Shown in pieces: positions 54,798 through 64,000 of a stretch of DNA of 64,000 nucleotides. The notes beneath the pieces are model-generated. The model was not told where the DNA came from and searched no databases. It worked only from the letters and a program-made list of their open reading frames with translations. Positions within the stretch are counted from its first letter, which is position 1, and each line of letters opens with the position of its first letter. A program made the position numbers and the translations under genes. This DNA is from an uncultured Nitrospiraceae bacterium (GTDB lineage Bacteria; Nitrospirota; Thermodesulfovibrionia; Thermodesulfovibrionales; UBA6898), in assembly GCA_963811165.1 (NCBI GenBank), contig CAWEQH010000010.1, positions 736,001 through 800,000 of the forward strand, written 5' to 3'.

Positions 54798-55875
54798 GAT
54801 AAGGGTACTTGTTGTTGACGATTCCGCACTGATGAGGAAAATGATACCAATGATCATCTGCGCCGATGATAGTATTCAGGTAGTCGGGACTGCGATGGAC
54901 GGAGAATTTGCCATAAAAAAAATCGGGGAATTACGGCCGGATGTTATAACGCTCGATGTGGATATGCCGAGGATGGATGGTTTGGCAGCTCTTAAATTGA
55001 TTGTCGGCGATTTCGAAATACCCGTTATCCTTGTCAGTTCACTTACAAAGGAAGGAACCGAGATAACATTGCGGGGGCTTGAGCTCGGGGCCTTTGATTT
55101 CGTTCCAAAACCTCATGACGCGATTTCGGTTCATATCCAGGATATAGCACATGAGCTCATCGAAAAAATAAAAGCGGCGGCCTGTTGCCGCAGACCGAAA
55201 TTCAGGGAGCACCGGACGGTAAAGCCTAAGCAACCGCTGTCGCCGGTTATGCCTTTACGACAGATCTCTGCCGGGACTGTGGTGGCCATAGGGATATCGA
55301 CCGGGGGACCCCAGGCGCTTGCAGAGATATTGCCGCTCCTGCCTGCAGATTTCCCTGCGGGCATTCTCATAGTGCAGCATATGCCGGAAGGGTTTACCGA
55401 TCTTTTTGCCAAACGTCTCGACACCATCTGTAATATAAGAGTCAAGGAGGCCTGTAACGGCGATCTCATCAGCCCGGGCAAGGCCCTTATTGCTCCTGGA
55501 GGAAAACACCTCAAGATGAAGAAAACGACCTTTGGTCTTGTTACTGTTCTCAGTCAGGCCCCCCCCGCATCCGGCCACAGGCCGTCGGCGACCGTCCTCT
55601 TCAACTCTGTAGCTGAAGAACTAGGTAGCGGCGCGATAGGAGTAATAATGACAGGCATGGGCGATGACGGGGTCGAAGGACTTGCGAGGATAAAGGAGAA
55701 TGGAGGTGTGACTATAGCGCAAGACGAGGAGTCATCCGTTATATATGGCATGCCGAAAGTGGCGGCTGAAAAAGGATATGCGGACATGGTTGTCGGGCTG
55801 TACGAAATAGTGCCGAGACTTGTAAGCATAATTGATCTTAGCAGTGTCAAAACCGGGATTTCGTTGATGACATAG
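54778..55875 (+). CDS. cheB: Chemotaxis methylesterase CheB
   Basis: REC domain, IGISTGGP, VQHMP, MTGMGDDG, AQDEESS..YGMP. Confidence 0.96.
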   Translation: MCPAVDRIRVLVVDDSALMRKMIPMIICADDSIQVVGTAMDGEFAIKKIGELRPDVITLDVDMPRMDGLAALKLIVGDFEIPVILVSSLTKEGTEITLRGLELGAFDFVPKPHDAISVHIQDIAHELIEKIKAAACCRRPKFREHRTVKPKQPLSPVMPLRQISAGTVVAIGISTGGPQALAEILPLLPADFPAGILIVQHMPEGFTDLFAKRLDTICNIRVKEACNGDLISPGKALIAPGGKHLKMKKTTFGLVTVLSQAPPASGHRPSATVLFNSVAEELGSGAIGVIMTGMGDDGVEGLARIKENGGVTIAQDEESSVIYGMPKVAAEKGYADMVVGLYEIVPRLVSIIDLSSVKTGISLMT

Positions 55876-55903
55876 AGGTCCCGCTCTTTTCAGGAGGACG
55901 ATT

Positions 55904-56269
55904 ATGGCAAGATTTATGATAGTGGATGATTCCCTGTTTCAGAGAAAAAACCTTTGCAAGTTTATAAAACAGCTGGGGGCGGAGGTGGTCGGCGAAGCGT
56001 CAAACGGCAGGGAAGCGATAGCCCTGTACCAAACTCTGAACCCGGACGTTGTATTCATGGACCTTGTGATGCCGGAAATGGAAGGAATTGACGCTGTAGA
56101 GAGGTTGCTTGAGATCGACAGAGATGCAAAAATAATCGTAGTGAGTTCTCTCGGCTACAGTGAGATCGTCGACAAGGCCCTGTCACTCGGCGCCAAGCAA
56201 TTCATCACAAAACCAATCAGTTTTGCAGAGACAGCTGATATGGTTAGGGCTGTGCTGGAGGAAAAATGA
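55904..56269 (+). CDS. cheY: Single-domain response regulator (CheY-like)
   Basis: IVDDS, FMDLVMPEM, FITKP. Confidence 0.9.
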   Translation: MARFMIVDDSLFQRKNLCKFIKQLGAEVVGEASNGREAIALYQTLNPDVVFMDLVMPEMEGIDAVERLLEIDRDAKIIVVSSLGYSEIVDKALSLGAKQFITKPISFAETADMVRAVLEEK

Positions 56270-56634
56270 AAAAGATACTTTTTGTCGACGATTCATCGAT
56301 TATGCGGCTTTTCGCAAGGATGTCCACCAAGGGCATCCAGGGGGTGATGATAACAGAGGCGCGGGACGGGCTGGATGCTGTCGAAATGATTAGAAAAGAA
56401 ATATTCGATCTGATAATAACGGACATCAATATGCCAAAGATGGACGGCCTGCAGCTGATACAGCATGTCAGGATGATGGGACTGAGAATTCCCATAATAA
56501 TCCTTACTACCCTCGGAGAGGAGAAGGACCTGACAAGGGGAATGGATCTCGGCGCCAACGATTACGTGACCAAGCCGATATCAACACATAAATTGACGAA
56601 GATCATCTCAAATTTTATGAATGCCCCGGCCTGA
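56266..56634 (+). CDS. Single-domain response regulator (CheY-like)
   Basis: FVDDS, ITDINMPKMDG, YVTKP. Confidence 0.9.
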   Translation: MKKILFVDDSSIMRLFARMSTKGIQGVMITEARDGLDAVEMIRKEIFDLIITDINMPKMDGLQLIQHVRMMGLRIPIIILTTLGEEKDLTRGMDLGANDYVTKPISTHKLTKIISNFMNAPA

Positions 56635-56670
56635 TCGGTTGGTCCTGAAGATGAAGGGAGGCCCTCGATT

Positions 56671-58740
56671 ATGAAAAAAGAAGTTGTCGATAACTTTCTC
56701 TCGCACAATGATCTTCGGAGATATATCACCACATTCGAAACTTCCTTTGACGGCATCGCTATTATTAACAGGGACAGGAGAATACTGTATTCAAACTGTG
56801 CCAATGCTAGGGCTTATGGATACGCCAGCAAATTTGAACTTATAGGTAAGAGATGGCAGATGCTTTGTGACGATAATGAGATGAAGAGGTTCGAAGATTA
56901 CATTATCCCTCTGGCATGGAAAAATGGACGATGGCGCGGTGAATCTGTCGGCAAGAGAAGGGATGGGACCAGGTTCCACCATGAGGTCTCTCTAACCGTG
57001 ATTGAAGGGGGAAAGATAGTAATCGTCGTCAGGGATCTTACGGAATACAAGAAGACGAGGGATGAGCTATTTTCGCTGAAAAAGGCGGTCGAAAACATGC
57101 AGATAGGGGTCACAATCACAGATCTGCACAGGAAGATTCTTTATGCCAACCCCAGCGAAGCGGAAATGCACGGCTACAGCGTTGAAGAACTGATAGGAAA
57201 AGATGTTCGGGTCTTTGCTCCACCGGACCGGTGGAAGCCCCTGAAGTTGGACGGATTGACGAGACACTTTACAAGGGAGAGCGTCAACATCAGGAAAGAC
57301 GGAAGTCTTTTTTCTGTGCAGCTTATGTCCGATTTTGTGACCGACTCCGAAGGGCAGATAATAAATATTGTTACGACATGCGAAGACATAACGAAACGCA
57401 AGATGTCCGAGGAGACGATAAAACATAAGGCTTACTACGACGACCTGACTGACCTTCCCAATCGCCTGTTATTCAGTGAATGTCTGGAGCAGGCCCTTTC
57501 GGAGGCAAAGAGAAAAAACAAACTGGTAGCCGTAATGCTCTTTGATCTCGACCGCTTCAATGCCATTAACGATTCGATTGACCACGATGCCGGAGACCTC
57601 CTCATATATTATGTGGCTCAGAGACTTCGGTGTTGCGTGCGCAACAAGGACACTGTCTCGAGGCTCGGCGGAGATGAATTTCTCATAATGTTGCCGGATC
57701 TAAACACTGTTCAGGAGGCGGTAATTGTTGCCAAAAAAATTCTGGGCGTAATATCTCAGGTCTTTATGCTGGACCCCCATGAACTGCATGTCACTGCGAG
57801 CATAGGCATTAGTATTTATCCCACCGACGGAGACAAAGTTTCGACGCTGATAAAAAATGCCGACACAGCGATGTATTACGTCAAATCGCAGGGGAGGAAC
57901 AATTACTTTTTTTATACTCCACCGATGAACTCAAAAAAACTGGAGCATCTGACAATGGAAAACGACCTGCACGATGCTCTGAAACGGAAAGAGCTGCGGC
58001 TTCACTATCAGCCGCAATACGACCTTAATACAGGCAGAATCGTTGGCGTAGAAGCCCTGATGCGGTGGCAGCATTCCATCCGAGGGCTGATCTCTCCCAA
58101 AGAGTTTATACCCCTTGCGGAAGAAACGGGGCTCATTGTATCGATCGGCAGTTGGCTGTTACATAATGCTTGCGAACAGCTCGTGACTTGGCGAAAGGAA
58201 GGTTGCTGTTTGCAACGTGTTGCGATCAATCTATCGATGCGTCAGTTCAAATTAACGAACTTGGCTGAAACCATCGGCAAGACGCTAAAGAAAATGGGTC
58301 TTGATCCTAATTCGCTGGAATTGGAACTTACAGAAAGTATAATAATGCAAGACCCTGAGATTACTGTAGCAAGCTTGCGGGAATTGAGTTCAATGGGTCT
58401 CTACCTTTCCATCGATGATTTCGGCACAGGATATTCATCCTTAAATTATCTAAAGTACCTTCCCATAAACAAGCTTAAGATTGCTCCCAATTTTGCGGCG
58501 GGGATCGGAGAAGATCCAAACGATGAGGCCATTTGCAAAGCGATTATAACGCTGGCGCACAGCCTAGACCTCAAGGTGATTGCCGAAGGAGTGGAAACTA
58601 CGGAACAACTTGAGTTTTTGCGTTTACATAAATGCGATGAAGTGCAGGGTTATCTTTTTAGCGAGCCGCTACCGGCGGAAGAGATTTACCAATTACTTGC
58701 CGGAGAGAACTGCGAGGGGACGCATGCGCGACAAACATGA
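56671..58740 (+). CDS. PAS-PAS-GGDEF-EAL diguanylate cyclase/phosphodiesterase
   Basis: YDDLTDLPNR, RLGGDEF, EALMRW, DDFGTGYSS, AEGVET, QGYLF. Confidence 0.96.
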   Translation: MKKEVVDNFLSHNDLRRYITTFETSFDGIAIINRDRRILYSNCANARAYGYASKFELIGKRWQMLCDDNEMKRFEDYIIPLAWKNGRWRGESVGKRRDGTRFHHEVSLTVIEGGKIVIVVRDLTEYKKTRDELFSLKKAVENMQIGVTITDLHRKILYANPSEAEMHGYSVEELIGKDVRVFAPPDRWKPLKLDGLTRHFTRESVNIRKDGSLFSVQLMSDFVTDSEGQIINIVTTCEDITKRKMSEETIKHKAYYDDLTDLPNRLLFSECLEQALSEAKRKNKLVAVMLFDLDRFNAINDSIDHDAGDLLIYYVAQRLRCCVRNKDTVSRLGGDEFLIMLPDLNTVQEAVIVAKKILGVISQVFMLDPHELHVTASIGISIYPTDGDKVSTLIKNADTAMYYVKSQGRNNYFFYTPPMNSKKLEHLTMENDLHDALKRKELRLHYQPQYDLNTGRIVGVEALMRWQHSIRGLISPKEFIPLAEETGLIVSIGSWLLHNACEQLVTWRKEGCCLQRVAINLSMRQFKLTNLAETIGKTLKKMGLDPNSLELELTESIIMQDPEITVASLRELSSMGLYLSIDDFGTGYSSLNYLKYLPINKLKIAPNFAAGIGEDPNDEAICKAIITLAHSLDLKVIAEGVETTEQLEFLRLHKCDEVQGYLFSEPLPAEEIYQLLAGENCEGTHARQT

Positions 58741-58976
58741 CGATCCGTTATTTGTTCCATGGCGGAGAGAGACAACGCAAATCCCGCACATTCCGGCACT
58801 TCTTGCGTTGATGGGGGAGGATTGCTATGGGTGACAAAAGAATCGAAAAGCAGGACCTGATCGAGGAACCGGAGAGATCGCAGACGCGCATAGAGAAGTT
58901 TGATAAGAACCGGATCACCGTAGCAAAATATGTCCGGGAAGGCATTGTCTCAACCCGGAAATTAGTATCTTAACCC

Positions 58977-60764
58977 ATGTTGCCAAACTTGGGAGATAAG
59001 GATAAGTCAAAAAAGGAAGGCCTAGGGGAATTGACAGAAGCTCATAATGCTGACCCGGAATACAACAAAATTATTCAGACTTCCATGGATGGCTTTTGGA
59101 TTAATGATATCCATGGACGGTTCCTGGATGTAAATGATGCATATTGTGATTTAGTAGGTTACGGTCGTGAGGAGCTGCTGAATATGCATATCGCCGATAT
59201 CGAGGTGGTTGAAAAGCCGGGGGAGACAGCGGCACGCATCCAAAAGATAATGGAGATTGGCTCGGACCGTTTTGTAACACGTCACCGGTGCAAGGACGGC
59301 AAAGTTGTTGATATCGAGATCAGTGTTAACTATATGAAGGGCGCCAGTGGAAGTTTTTTTGCGTTTATCAGGGACATCACCGATCGTCTGCGGATTGAGA
59401 ATGAACTGTTATTGAAAGAGGAATCTTTCCGGACTATCATGGAAAACTCGCCGTCCTGAATAATGCTGTTTGACAGGCAAGGTCATTGCCTGACCTCGAA
59501 CAGACCCGGACTTATGATGATGAGAGTCTCAGATCACGAAATAATAGGGAGAGAATTCAGGGATATTTGGCCCGAGGAAATTCGGCCAACAGTCGCTGCC
59601 TGTGTAAGGAAGGTCTTGAAAGGGGAACGTTGCACATTTGATGCTTACAGGATGAATGGGCCCGAGAAGGGATGGTGGAGCGTATCACTGAACCCATTTT
59701 TTGATGATAGTGGAAGTGTTTATGGGTTTGTTGCCATGAGCACCGATATCACAGAGCGCATACAGGTGGAAGAAGCCTTACGGCAATCTGAACAGAGGTT
59801 CAAAGGTGTTGTCAACAATATAGCCATAGGGATAGCTGTCATAAGCCCGGAGATGGAAATATTATCCTTGAACCGTCAGATGAAGAGATGGTTCCCGGGA
59901 ACTAATGTCTTAGATAGACCTGTATGCTTTAGGACATTTAATTCCCCGCCGAGAGAAACGATTTGTCCTTATTGCATAACGTATTTAACTCTGAAAGACG
60001 GCCAGGTGCATGAGACAATAACAGACACGCCGGCTGGCAATAAAATAATAAATTACAGAGTGCTTTCTTCCCCCATACTAAATAAAGAGGGAAGAGTTAT
60101 TGCTGCAATTGAGATGGTTGAAGATGTAACGGAGCTCAAGCATGCAGAACAAGCCATAAAAGAATCGGAAAACAAATTCAGGGACCTTTCGGAAAAATCG
60201 TTAGTCGGCATTTACCTAATACAAGATGATATCTTCAAGTATGTTAACCCTATGATGGCCGAGATTTTTGGTTATAGAGTTGATGAGTTGATAGATAAGA
60301 AAGGACCTGCTGATTTGACCTTGCCGGAAGATTGGTCCAAAGTAATCGAAAATATTAGGGCACGACAGACAGGAGAACTCAAATCTGTTCATTATGAATT
60401 TAGAGGCCAGAAAAAAAATAACGAAATTCTATTCATAGAGGCCTATGGATCGAGGACGACGTATAATGGACGGCCTGCTGTGATAGGGACCTTATTGGAC
60501 ATTACGAAGCGCAAAAAAGATATGGCGGAGCGTGAAAGGCTTCTCGGAGAACTTCAAGAAGCGGCTGTTACAATCAAGACACTTCAGGGAATATTACCCA
60601 TATGTTCTTCGTGCAAGAAGATACGGGACGACAACGGCTATTGGAGTCAGATGGAGAAATACATCACCGAACATTCATCAGCAGAGTTCAGCCATAGCAT
60701 TTGCCCCGATTGTGCAAAGAAAATATATCCTGACTATTATGATAAATTATTTGGGGGTGATTAA
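58977..60764 (+). CDS. Multi-PAS protein with Cys-rich C-terminal domain, interrupted by in-frame TGA at 59457 (candidate selenocysteine, otherwise pseudogene)
   Basis: ORFs 58977-59459 and 59463-60764 share a frame and join within one PAS domain (..MENSPS-TGA-IMLFDRQG..); C-terminus LPICSSCKKIRDDNGYW..FSHSICPDC. Confidence 0.75.
59466..59503 (+). promoter_or_regulatory. Candidate bacterial SECIS hairpin
   Basis: CTGTTTGA-CAGGCAA-[GGTCA]-TTGCCTG-ACC-TCGAACAG; apical loop begins 21 nt after the TGA. Confidence 0.5.
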
Positions 60765-60850
60765 AAGGATCACGCATGAGCATTGTCACTAGAAAGAAGG
60801 CTGGCCAAGTATGAAGATTTGACCACAAACGGAACATAAGGAGGACAATT

Positions 60851-61162
60851 ATGAAAAAAACGAAGCTTAACTGTTGGGACTTTATGAAATGTGGACGACA
60901 GCCTGGAGGGCAGCATGTCTCTGATTTAGGTATCTGCCCGGCGACGCTGGAAAAGCGCTTAGATAGTGTTCATGAGGGCCTTAATGCGGGCAGGAGCTGC
61001 TGGGTTCTTACTGGTACACTCTGCAAAGGGGAAGTGCAGGGAACTTTTGCCAAGAAATTCAAGAACTGCCAGATATGCGATTTTTACCAGACGGTGAAAA
61101 ATGAAGAATCTTATAACTTCCAGCTATCGGCCGTGCTCATGAAAAAAATAGCGGATAAGTAG
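60851..61162 (+). CDS. Two-CW-domain Cys-rich small protein
   Basis: NCWDFMKCGR, CPA, GRSCWVLTGTLC.GEVQG, CQICDFY; 7 Cys; GGAGG RBS. Confidence 0.85.
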   Translation: MKKTKLNCWDFMKCGRQPGGQHVSDLGICPATLEKRLDSVHEGLNAGRSCWVLTGTLCKGEVQGTFAKKFKNCQICDFYQTVKNEESYNFQLSAVLMKKIADK

Positions 61163-61418
61163 AAAATTCGGAAATCGCCATCAATATGCAAACTATTTTA
61201 AGTTTTTAGCCAGGGGGTCAATATGTCAGTTGTTGGTGAAGAGTCCTCAATCGTGCCTTCAATGGTATGGACAGGCCGAAATTGAAGAAATTAATTCGCG
61301 TCTAAAAATAATGAGCATGATTAACTGACAGAAATTAGTCTCTGAGCAAAGTACTGTGAGAACCTAACGTCACCTGGACGCACCTGTTTTTAAAGACTTG
61401 TTGAGTAACGCGAGCGTT

Positions 61419-61620
61419 TCATTTGTCTTTTTTGAGGAGCCGGAATGTCTCCTGATATATCCTCTCCCGGGGACCGACCGCCACGATTTCAACGATATTC
61501 TTCCTGACGCGGTAAGTGATCCTGAAACGCGTCACGCGGAAGCTCCTGAGGCCCGCAAGCTCGTCTTTCAGCTCTTTCCCGGCATGCGGAGCATCCAGAA
61601 TAAGCCTTATGGACGCCGGT
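61419..61620 (-). pseudogene. 5'-truncated RelE/ParE family toxin remnant
   Basis: PHAGKELKDELAGLRSFRVTRFRITYRV..VEIVAVGPRERIY; no credible N-terminus, RBS or antitoxin. Confidence 0.7.
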
Positions 61621-61643
61621 ACATCACTCCCGGCATGCCTCAC

Positions 61644-61673
61644 TTGACACCCATTACCCATAACTGTTAGATT
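61644..61673 (+). promoter_or_regulatory. Sigma70-type promoter of the heat-shock operon
   Basis: TTGACA-18 nt-TAGATT directly before CIRCE. Confidence 0.65.
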
Positions 61674-61674
61674 A

Positions 61675-61701
61675 TTAGCACTCGATGATGGAGAGTGCTA
61701 A
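61675..61701 (+). promoter_or_regulatory. CIRCE element (HrcA operator)
   Basis: Perfect TTAGCACTC-N9-GAGTGCTAA. Confidence 0.98.
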
Positions 61702-61704
61702 GGC

Positions 61705-62727
61705 ATGTTAGATGAACGAAATAAACGGGTTTTATTCGCGGTAATTCAGTGTTATATCAACACCCCCGGCCCTGTCGGCTCAAGGGTAGTTACGAAGAAA
61801 TACTCTTTCGGCCTTTCACCGGCGACCATCCGAAACATCATGTCCGACCTGGAAGAGATGGGGTACCTCCGTCAGCCCCATACGTCGGCAGGAAGGGTCC
61901 CCACCGACGTGGGATACCGATACTATGTAGACGCGATCAACAGGGAAGAACGGCATGTCGATGGGGACTTCGCCTTAGAGCTCGCACGGAAACTCGAAAT
62001 GCTCAAAAAAGACATTAACGCCTTTCTTGACGAGGCGGCAAAGATGCTGTCTTCGTTGTCGCACTATGTAGGGATAACCATGTCGCCTAATTCGAGTACC
62101 GCAATGCTCACCAGGATCGAGCTGATCAAGTACCGCGACAGCCGTGTGGCAGTCGTTATATTTACCGATGAAGGGCTTGTCAGAAACGCGGTCATCCGGA
62201 TGGACACAGACTTTTCCCAGAGAGACCTCAACAGGATCGCCTCCTATATAAATTCTCAATTTTCAGGACTTACGCTCGAAGAGATAAGGAAGGTCGTCGT
62301 GAAGGAACTGGCAAGGGAGAAGGTGCTCTGCGACAACCTTATCTCCGAGGCGATGAGGATATGCGACGCTGTTTTTTCTTCTGCACCCGGCAATATTTAC
62401 ATCTCCGGCCTTTCCGAGGTCCTCGCCCTTCCCGATTTCTGCGATGTCGACAGGATAAAAGAGCTTCTAAAGACCATCGAAGACAAACATATCATCGTCA
62501 CACTCCTCGACAAGATTGCGGATGCTGAAGGGCCACAGGTCTTCATAGGTTCGGAAAACCCTCTTGCCGAGATGAAGAAGTTCAGTCTTGTGGCGGCGAC
62601 TTACAAAGAGGGCAAGAGACCTATAGGCGCGGTAGGAATAATAGGTCCCACCAGGATGGACTATGCGCAGGCGATCTCGATCGTCGATTTGACAGCTAAA
62701 TATATCACCCGGATGCTGTCTTTATAG
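61705..62727 (+). CDS. hrcA: Heat-inducible transcription repressor
   Basis: PVGS, SPATIRN.M.DLE, QPHTSAGRVPT, IIGPTRMDY. Confidence 0.98.
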   Translation: MLDERNKRVLFAVIQCYINTPGPVGSRVVTKKYSFGLSPATIRNIMSDLEEMGYLRQPHTSAGRVPTDVGYRYYVDAINREERHVDGDFALELARKLEMLKKDINAFLDEAAKMLSSLSHYVGITMSPNSSTAMLTRIELIKYRDSRVAVVIFTDEGLVRNAVIRMDTDFSQRDLNRIASYINSQFSGLTLEEIRKVVVKELAREKVLCDNLISEAMRICDAVFSSAPGNIYISGLSEVLALPDFCDVDRIKELLKTIEDKHIIVTLLDKIADAEGPQVFIGSENPLAEMKKFSLVAATYKEGKRPIGAVGIIGPTRMDYAQAISIVDLTAKYITRMLSL

Positions 62728-62744
62728 ATAGGGGGACACAATAG

Positions 62745-63353
62745 GTGAAACGACATAAGACCGTTGACAACGATTCCGGAAAAGAGAGGGACGAGGAACT
62801 CGTACCCAAAGAGAGGGACGAGGAACTCGTGACCGTGGAAGATAAAGAGGCAGAAAGAGAGGCCCCGGAAAAGGCGGCGGAACAGGCGCAGACTGCTGAT
62901 GCCGGGGCATTGCAGGAGCTCAACAACAAATACTTGAGATTGTACGCGGAATTTGATAATTATAAGAAAAGAGTAAACAAAGACAAGGAAGAACTTGCAC
63001 GGTACGGCAACGAGTCACTTCTGTATGCGCTATTGCCGGCGATCGACAATCTGGAACTGGCGCTCAAGCACGCTTCCTGTGACCCAAAGACCGGTGTGGT
63101 GCAAGGGGTCGAAATAACCCTGAAGGAACTGCAGAGGACTCTCGAGAAATTCGGCCTGAGGAGAATTGAGGCGGCGGGGAAAAAATTCGATCCCGCAGTG
63201 CATCATGCGATGATGCAGGTCGAACGTGAAGATATCGAAGAAAAGATGGTGGCAGAAGAACTGAGGGCCGGCTACCTCTATAACGAAAAGGTGCTGCGGC
63301 CCTCCCTGGTAGCGGTCTCTGCAAGGCCGAAAGAGTCGGAAGAGAATGAATAG
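62745..63353 (+). CDS. grpE: Nucleotide exchange factor GrpE
   Basis: LRLYAEFDNYKKR, FDPAVHHA, GY...KVLRPSLVAV. Confidence 0.96.
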   Translation: MKRHKTVDNDSGKERDEELVPKERDEELVTVEDKEAEREAPEKAAEQAQTADAGALQELNNKYLRLYAEFDNYKKRVNKDKEELARYGNESLLYALLPAIDNLELALKHASCDPKTGVVQGVEITLKELQRTLEKFGLRRIEAAGKKFDPAVHHAMMQVEREDIEEKMVAEELRAGYLYNEKVLRPSLVAVSARPKESEENE

Positions 63354-63398
63354 ACATAAAGTGACGGACTGGGCGGGAATTATTTTATCTAAGAATAA

Positions 63399-64000
<602 letters not shown>

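Overview
Anaerobic Gram-negative bacterial chromosome segment. Gene content and style suggest Nitrospirota (Thermodesulfovibrionia-like) or a deltaproteobacterial relative; this taxonomy is inference only. Housekeeping blocks are a partial nicotinate phosphoribosyltransferase, glgB, guaB-guaA-ispA-dxs-tlyA, ilvE, argS, ornithine decarboxylase-speE-lgt, and CIRCE-hrcA-grpE-dnaK. Between them lie accessory modules: a peptidoglycan-processing operon (deacetylase, putative glycoside hydrolase, serine hydrolase-NamZ fusion); a decaheme cytochrome/beta-barrel porin pair co-oriented with a substrate-binding protein and an MCP; a triheme c7 cytochrome; an AraC-controlled aldehyde-detox cluster with two frameshifted genes; and an ~18 kb Cys-rich chemosensory/c-di-GMP island (NarL-type two-component system, cheX-cheW-PAS MCP-cheR-cheA-cheB-cheY-cheY-GGDEF/EAL). 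The best lead is at the end of that island. A multi-PAS protein has an in-frame TGA (59457-59459) followed immediately by a strong hairpin shaped like a bacterial SECIS, which suggests a selenocysteine inside a PAS sensory domain. A nonsense mutation in a decaying gene cannot be excluded from sequence alone. No rRNA, tRNA, CRISPR array, integrase or transposase was recognised.
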